The translations under genes and the position numbers were made by a program. Below, in pieces: positions 55,734-64,000 of a stretch of DNA of 64,000 nucleotides. This DNA is from the human T2T-CHM13v2.0 reference genome, Homo sapiens. The stretch lies in the NCBI RefSeq assembly GCF_009914755.1, contig NC_060933.1. One strand, written 5' to 3'. Positions within the stretch are counted from its first letter, which is position 1; every line of letters begins with the position of its first letter. The notes beneath the pieces are model-generated. The model worked only from the letters and a program-made list of their open reading frames with translations, searched no databases and was not told the origin of the DNA.

Positions 55734-56777
55734 TAGTTTATGCTGTTTAAAGATGTGCTCTCATATGCATACAACGTACTCATGTGTGCAGCTTTTCAAA
55801 ATTGTAATTTTTAAATGTGTCAAGGACTTTTCTGAGGATACATTCTTGTGGGGCTATAGAATTACAGGGTTTGAAAACTACCGGATTAAAAAAATTAATT
55901 CCAAACTAATTATGTTTAGCATTATGTTAGGAGTGTTATTACATTTCTGCATATACTGTGGCCTTGATTTTCAAACTTGGCTCCCCAGAGCTTTATGGGT
56001 TACACAGAGGCTCCTCTACAATTACATTTATTTGAAAAAAAAACAAAAAACCAAGTTTCAAAGGCACTGTACTAAGGAACATGCTTAGTGAAATCTAGAT
56101 GCCTCTGGGCATCATCCAGAGATGCTAGCTGGCAGACCCCGTGGCCAGTTGCCAGAGCTCTGAACATAGCAAGATATGATACTTACAATATCTTAAAGGG
56201 TGTTGGTGTTAGAAGATGATGTGAAAAGTTCAAGCCAAAGAGTTGTTCTAATCCAGAATACCACAGTATTGGTGATTGTGATTCACTAATCATACCCAGG
56301 GGTTCTAGTCACAGTTTAGTTGAATTAGAGTGATGTTAAAACTATGCTAGTATCCTGACACAGATGTCATGATATTTTATCTGCACATTCTTAATTCTTT
56401 AGCAAGTGTTATTTAAAGGCTACATCCATCTACCTCAGTTTCCTATATCTATCTCTGACATCTACCTCTAGTTGTACTTCTGTCCTCTATTTCAGGTGTT
56501 ATGGGTCAAGCCTGTTTGACTGGCATTATTCATGATTCCTGTACCACTCTTGCTCTCTCTCACTTTGATCTCCATATTCCAGGCTTACACAGGGGTTTCC
56601 TCAGAACGTTGATGGCAGTTGCAGGTCCATATAAAGGGACCAAAGCACATTGTATCCTCATCTATAGTCATGCTGAAAGTAGGAGAAAGTGCATCTTTAT
56701 TATGGCAGAGAGAATTTTCTGAACTATTTATGGACAACAGTCAAACAACAATTCTTTGTACTTTTTTTTTTCCTTAG

Positions 56778-56870
<93 letters not shown>

Positions 56871-57362
56871 TAAAACTACAGGCTTTCTAATGCCTTTCTC
56901 AGAGCATCTGTTTTTGTTTATATAGAAAATTCAGTTTCAGGATCACAGCTAGGTGTCAGTGTAAACTATAATTTAACAGGAGTTAAGTATTTTTGAAACT
57001 GAAAACACTGTAGGACTATTCAGTTATATCTTGTGAAAAAGGAAAGCAATGAAGTTAAAAGTAGAAGGTTACAATGCCCAAACAATAGAGTATTATAGTA
57101 AACAAATGTCTATAAAACATTTTGTGTTCATGATAGCAAAAGAGATTATGGCAGGTTCAACATAACATTGGAATAACTGGCCTTTTCAGTACAAACTTAT
57201 CTGGAATTATGAAGACAAAGCATATAAATGATACACTTAATTTTTAATGGAACTGACAGAAATGATTACGTTGATATGATACTAGATATATTTTTTGGCT
57301 AAATTTAGGTGTTCACAGAAACTACTAAAAGTATAAATCGTACCCCATGCTTTAATACTATA

Positions 57363-59758
57363 CAGGCATGCCTCATTTTATTGCACCTTGCTTTATTGTG
57401 CTTCTTAGATATTGTATTTTTTACATATTGAAGGTTTACGGCAACCCAGTGTCTAGCAACTCTGTCAGCAACATTTTCCCAACAGCATGTGCTCATTTCA
57501 TGTCTCTGTGTCATATTTTGGTAATTCTAGCAACATTTCAAACTTTAAAAAATCATATGGTGATCTGTGATCAGTAATCTTTAATGCTAGTATTGTAATT
57601 ATTCTGGGGTGTCCCAAACAGAGAGAATATAAGAAGGCAAACTTCATAGATGAATGCAGTGTGTGCTCTGACTGCTCCATCAATGAGCCATTCCTCTGTC
57701 TCTCTCCCTCTCCTGGGGCCTCCCTATTCCCTGAGACAACAATATTAAAATTAGGCCATTTAATAATCACACAATGGTCTTTAAATGTTCAAGTGAAAGG
57801 AAGATTCACCCGTCTCTCACTTTAAATGGAAAGCTAGAAATGAAGCAGCAAACGCTGATGTGGAAGCTGCAGCAGTTATCCAGAAGATCTAGCAAAGACC
57901 ATTGATGAAGATGGCTTAGAGAGGAAGGCATGCTGAAAGCCAAGACAAGCTGAAAGCTAGGCCTCTTGCACTAAAAAGGCAAGTTATGAATCCAAAGGAA
58001 AAGTCCTTGAAGGAAACTGAAAGTGCTACTCCTGTGAGCACATAAATTACAAGAAAGTGAAACAGTCTTATTGATGATACAGAGAAAGTTCTAGATAGAA
58101 GATCAAACCAGTCACAACATTCCCTTGAGCCAAAGCCCAATCTAGAGCAAGATCTTAATGCTCTTAAATTCTATGAAGGCTGAGAGAGGTGAGGAAGCTG
58201 CAGAAGAAAAGTTGGAAGCTAGCAGAGGTTGGTTCATGAGGTTTAAGAAAAGAAGCCATGTGCACAGCATAAGTGCAAGGTGAAGCAGCAAATGCTGATG
58301 TGGAAGCTACAGCAAGTTATCCAGAAGATCTAGCAAGGACCATTGATGAAGATGGTGACACTAACAAACAGATTTTCAAATGTAAACAAAACAGCCTTCT
58401 GTTGGAAGAATATGCCATCTAGGACTTCCACAGCTAGAGAGGAGAAGTCAGTGCTTGCCTTCAAAGCTTCGAAGGACAGGCTGACCCTCTTGCTAAGGGC
58501 CAATGCCATTGGTGATTTGAAATTCAAACCAGCGCTCATTTACCATTCCAAAAATCCCAGGGCTCTGCGAATTATGCTAAGTCTACTCTGCCTGTGCTCT
58601 ATACATGGAACAAGAAAGCCTAGATGACAGCACATCTGTTTATAGCATGGTTTATTGACTATTTTAAGCCCATTGTTGAGATCTGCTCAGAAAAAAAGAT
58701 TGCTTTGAAAGTATTACTGATCATTGACAATGCACCTGGTCACCCAAGAGCTCTGATGGAGATGTACAAGGATATTCATGTTATTTTCAGGCCTGGTGAC
58801 ACAACATCCATTCTGTAGCCCATGGATCAAGGAGTTATTTCAACTTTCAAGTCTTATTATCTAAGAAATACATTTTGTAAGGCTAAGCTGCCATAGATAG
58901 TGATTCCTCTGGTGGATCTGGGTAAAGTAAGTAGAAAAACTTATGGAAAGGATTCACCATTCTAGATGCCAGGAATAGCATTCATGGTTCATGGAAGGAG
59001 ATCAAAATGGCAGCATTAATAGGAATTTGGAAAAAGTTCATTCTAACCCTCCTGGATGACTTTGAGGGATATGGTACTTTAATGAAGGAAGTCACTGCAG
59101 AGATGGTGGAAACAGAGAACTAAGAAGTGGAGCTTGAAGATGTGACTCAATTGCTACAATCTCACGATAAGCCCTGAAAGAAGGAGGAGTTGCTTCTTAT
59201 GGATAAGCAGAGAAAGTGGTTTCTTAAGATGGAATCTACTCCTAGTGATGATGCTGTGAACATTGTGAAATGACAACAAAGGGTTTGGAATTTTACATAA
59301 ACTTGATTGATCAAGCAGTTGCAGGGTTTGAGAGGACTGACCCTGTAAAGTTCTACTGTGGGTAGAAGGCTATCAAACAGCATTGCATGCTACAGAGAAA
59401 TCTTTCATGAAAGGAAGAGTCTGCAGTGAATTTCATTGTTGTCTTATTTTAAGAAACTGCCACAGCTACCTGAACTTCAAGCAGCCACCACCATGATCAG
59501 TCAGCAGCGATTAACATCAAGCAAAAAGATTACAACTTTCTGAAGGCTCAGATTATCATTAGCACCTTTTTTGGCAATAAAGTATTTTTAAAAAGATATA
59601 TTCTTTGTTTTTTTTAAGATATAACGCTGTTGCACACTAAATAGACTCCATTATAGTGTATATACAAGTTTTATATGCATTGGGATACCAACAAATTCAT
59701 GACTTGCTTTATTATGGTAGTCTAAAACCAAACTGGTAATATCTTCGAGGTATGCCTT
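57363..59758 (+). mobile_element. Tigger1 full-length copy 3, intron 14
   Basis: ta|CAGGCATGCCTC...GAGGTATGCCTT|ta; transposase fragments ([27 protein letters not shown]) with frameshifts. Confidence 0.9.
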
Positions 59759-60393
59759 TATTTTAGTGCGTCACAAAGTTTACATTCAAGAAAATTGTTT
59801 ATATAATTCCCTATTTTCCACTAGTAATGCAGATTAAATACACATCTACACTTGTATGACATTTTTTCATATCTTTGAAAATTGATAATCTTCTCAAAAG
59901 CAGTGGTTTGGAACCTGTTATATGGAGGTATCTGAGAGGCTCCTGTGGACCATGAAGGAATCCAGGATTGTTTTTGGAAGCCAACACTTGTTTTTCTGGC
60001 AAAATATGTTTTATATATTTTTTTAAAAAAAGTTTTAAAGATAAAGCAGCGCAAAACATTTCTGTATTTTTTGCAGAATTAAAAGATTAAATGGAGCTAG
60101 AACTCAAATTCTCCTTTATGTCTATAGTACTATAGACAATTGTTAGTAATTTTTGTGTGTAGAAGAACTTCAGGAAGGTTTGAATGTCTAAAAAGTTATG
60201 TGGAAGAGAAATTGAGAAATTTTCATTTATTTTTAAAAACCAGCCATAATTCAGTACTAATATATAAAGGTGTGCTGGTATATTATATATTATACATTTA
60301 TGTTATATATAATAATATATAATTGTTTAGACTCCTACTCTTGCTGTTGTAAGTAAACTAAAAACCAAAAATATAATGCTGTGTATCCATTAA

Positions 60394-60744
<351 letters not shown>

Positions 60745-61385
60745 TAAATCTGTAATTGGATGCCAATTCATGTAAAATAGTCTGTGTTAGGTGATAAAAA
60801 GAGATTACTTTAGGCATATGTTTATGTATGTAAAATCACTTTTGAAAAAAAAGTTTTGTCATCCCATCAATATCTTAGAACTACTAATAGACAATCTGTA
60901 TGTTGTGTCTTTTGGATTTAGAAAATTCAACCAAAAATTATGCAGAAGTATGTGCTTCTGTATTTTTGGGCCATTGTACATTATGGTCCATGAGAAAGCG
61001 GTGTTGACAGAGAAGAATACCAGGGGGACTGCCAGTCATCAGACCCCTCAGGGTGCACCTATGTCCTGCTGCAGAACTGAAGTAGTATTTCTTAATGTCA
61101 GCTCCCATCCAGAAACACAAACCATGTCAGCCTTAGAACTCATGTGAAATGGCATTGGTAGTTTTAATTTATTCATTTCATCACAAGCATAGATTACTGT
61201 GTTATTTAAAATGTAAAACAGGAAGCATAGGAGTCATAAATTTCCTTTTTTCTCAATGCATGCCTCCAAATTATTATACTATCATGTATTTTTCTTCTTT
61301 AAATCTGTTTTGGGGGCTTGAACATACTAAATGCTCCAGTACTTGTGGACTGATATTTGAATATATGTGCGTTTAACTCTAATAG

Positions 61386-61532
<147 letters not shown>

Positions 61533-62738
61533 TAGAAGGATTATATATAATGTTACTAAGCTTTACTTGGGCAGTGGTGTAAAGGGCATGTTGTTAATTT
61601 TCCTTGAATTCCATTTAATTTGTATGTTCCTGATTAATAATAAAATTATCACTTTTAGCAATTTAAATTGTTAGTTAAATCTTAGTCTCTATTTTTCTTT
61701 CTTATAAGCATATAACCATGGACTGTGAGGTGATTTTTTAAAAACAGTTTTAATCTCTAATTATGTATGAAGGATAGGATTTTATCCATTTTTAGTATGA
61801 AGTTTTGTAATATTCCTTGAGCCACAAGTAAATTTTCTAAATATTCTTTTCTTCTCGTCACTAAATAAAAATTTAGCCTGAGATTTTAGGATTTTTTTCT
61901 ATCCTCTGTGAAGAAATTAGTTTAATTATCCAGCTAATTCTGACTTTTTAAAACCTTAAAAAAACTTTGATTTGTGTTTGTTCATCTTTACTACTTAACA
62001 CAGTGGGTTAAAAATACAAATTTCAGTCAGATAGTTGAGAGGGGTTTTTTGGGTCTAGATAATTATAACTGAATTTTGTTATCTTAGATAATTTCTCTAA
62101 TTGGATGTTCTAAATTTAGATTCTAAATTGATCAATTTTTGTGCACTGATGTGTCCTATTTAAGCTAATAGTACTTAAACTTAATGACTTATCTGACAGT
62201 GAAGACAGTGATAACTGGGCAGTAGTACAGGAGTAGGGAGTATGGCAGAAAATTCTTACAGGGTCTTACATCTGGTATCCTGGAAAATTTTATCCTTTGG
62301 AATCGGAAGTGAAGATGGAAAAAAATGTATTCATATGGTGAAGGTATTTGTCAATCAATCTATTTGTCTGTCTGTCTATGTCAGAATACCAGAAAGTAGG
62401 GTTATATTGCTTCTTCCTTTCTTGAATACAGTCCTTCTGGTGGAATCAAAGACCACAGAAACTTTACTTGAGAAATTCCGTGATTTGAGCAGAGCCCACC
62501 TATATCAATTCCATATATCTAGAATATTTTGGTGCAATTTAGCCTTCCATCTGCCATAAATGCTTGTTGGTCCTTGGGTTTTTTTTTTTATCTGCAAGTG
62601 GGAATTGCCATGGCTATTAAATCATTAGAACATCTCTGAATGATGTAACATTACCTTTACTACTTACGCATTATGAAGAAATACCAAAAAGTATCATGGG
62701 GCAATTTTAGGATAAACTATATAAAAAAAAAAGATTTG

Positions 62739-62906
62739 GCCAGGTGCAGTGGCTCATGCCTGTAATTCCAATGCTTTGGGAGGCTGATTGCTTCCTAAAG
62801 CGCTTGGGTGGATCACTTAAGCCCAAGAGGTCAAAGCATAGTGAGCTGCAATCGTGCCATTGCACTCTAGCCTGAGTGACACAGTGACACCCTGTCTCAA
62901 AAAAAA
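62739..62906 (+). mobile_element. Alu monomer (FLAM/FRAM-like)
   Basis: Single arm with A tail. Confidence 0.7.
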
Positions 62907-63253
62907 ATTTTTTTTTTTTTGAAGGTAAAACTAATGGAAAGAGGTTGAGAAAATGGTATGCCAGTTGAGACACTATGGTTTAATGGAAAGATTAGTTGAT
63001 TCAGAACTCACTGTACAGGATTCTAATTCTGTCTCTGCTGCTAACAAATTGTGTGGCTTTGGGCAGATTACTCAATCATATGTCTCCATGTTGTCATTGT
63101 TAAAGATGAAATATTGAATTAGATGATCTTGAAGGTCCCTTCTGGTTCTTAAGCTTATGCAGTCATGTGCATGTGCACATCCAACCCCTCCAAAATAAAG
63201 AAAATAGGCCTGATTATTCAAATGATTTGAACTTTAAAGCTATTTACATATAA

Positions 63254-63481
<228 letters not shown>

Positions 63482-63612
63482 TAGAATTACTCTATCTCTG
63501 AACTTTCATATTTCTTTCACATGATTTGTATTTTTTAGCCCATCTAATTTTAAAAAGAAGGTTGGTGTGGCATTACACAATTTATTCTCAGTTTGTGGTT
63601 CTTTAATTATAG

Positions 63613-63816
<204 letters not shown>

Positions 63817-63967
63817 TAATGAATCATTACTAATTTTTAATTCCTTTAAAACATTTTCTTGATGTCATTTGGGCCCTCTTAATTTCTTATGTTCATATGG
63901 CTTTTCATGCTTTATACATATTCTAATCTCCTTGACTGAGAATTATTTTCATTTTTATAAAAAGACC

Positions 63968-64000
63968 TTTTCTTTTTTTTTTTTTTTTTTTTGAGATGGA
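63968..64000 (-). mobile_element. Tail end of an Alu cut by the window edge
   Basis: Poly-T followed by GAGATGGA. Confidence 0.7.

Noticed and set aside
57770-59400. Homogenised Tigger1 tract as a domesticated transposase gene (TIGD-like)
   Set aside because: Both copies share frameshifting indels and stops; only short ORF fragments remain, so coding selection cannot explain the identity.

Overview
Human genomic DNA (an AluYb8-type element is present) covering the JAK2 gene on the + strand, from the end of intron 2 to the start of intron 18. All 16 coding exons 3-18 (c.1-2434, residues 1-811: FERM, SH2-like and JH2 pseudokinase domains) can be placed with GT-AG boundaries and correct phases. 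The hotspot codons K539, V617 and R683 are wild type. The allele pattern appears to match the MPN-predisposing 46/1 (GGCC) haplotype, judged from SNP contexts I recalled rather than looked up. The introns are dense with mobile elements. They include a full-length but dead L1PA4-like LINE, a CSNK1G2 processed pseudogene nested in an old L1 and itself carrying a young AluYb8, three full-length Tigger1 DNA transposons, about 14 Alus and several MER, MaLR, MIR and L2 relics. The most unusual signal is that two oppositely oriented Tigger1 copies, in introns 8 and 14, are about 96% identical over about 1 kb (303/304 bp in the core) while the rest of the elements is old and diverged. This suggests ongoing gene conversion across a 12.8-kb loop holding exons 9-14, including the exon 12 and V617 hotspots. 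Repeat subfamily names and SNP identities come from memory and need database confirmation.
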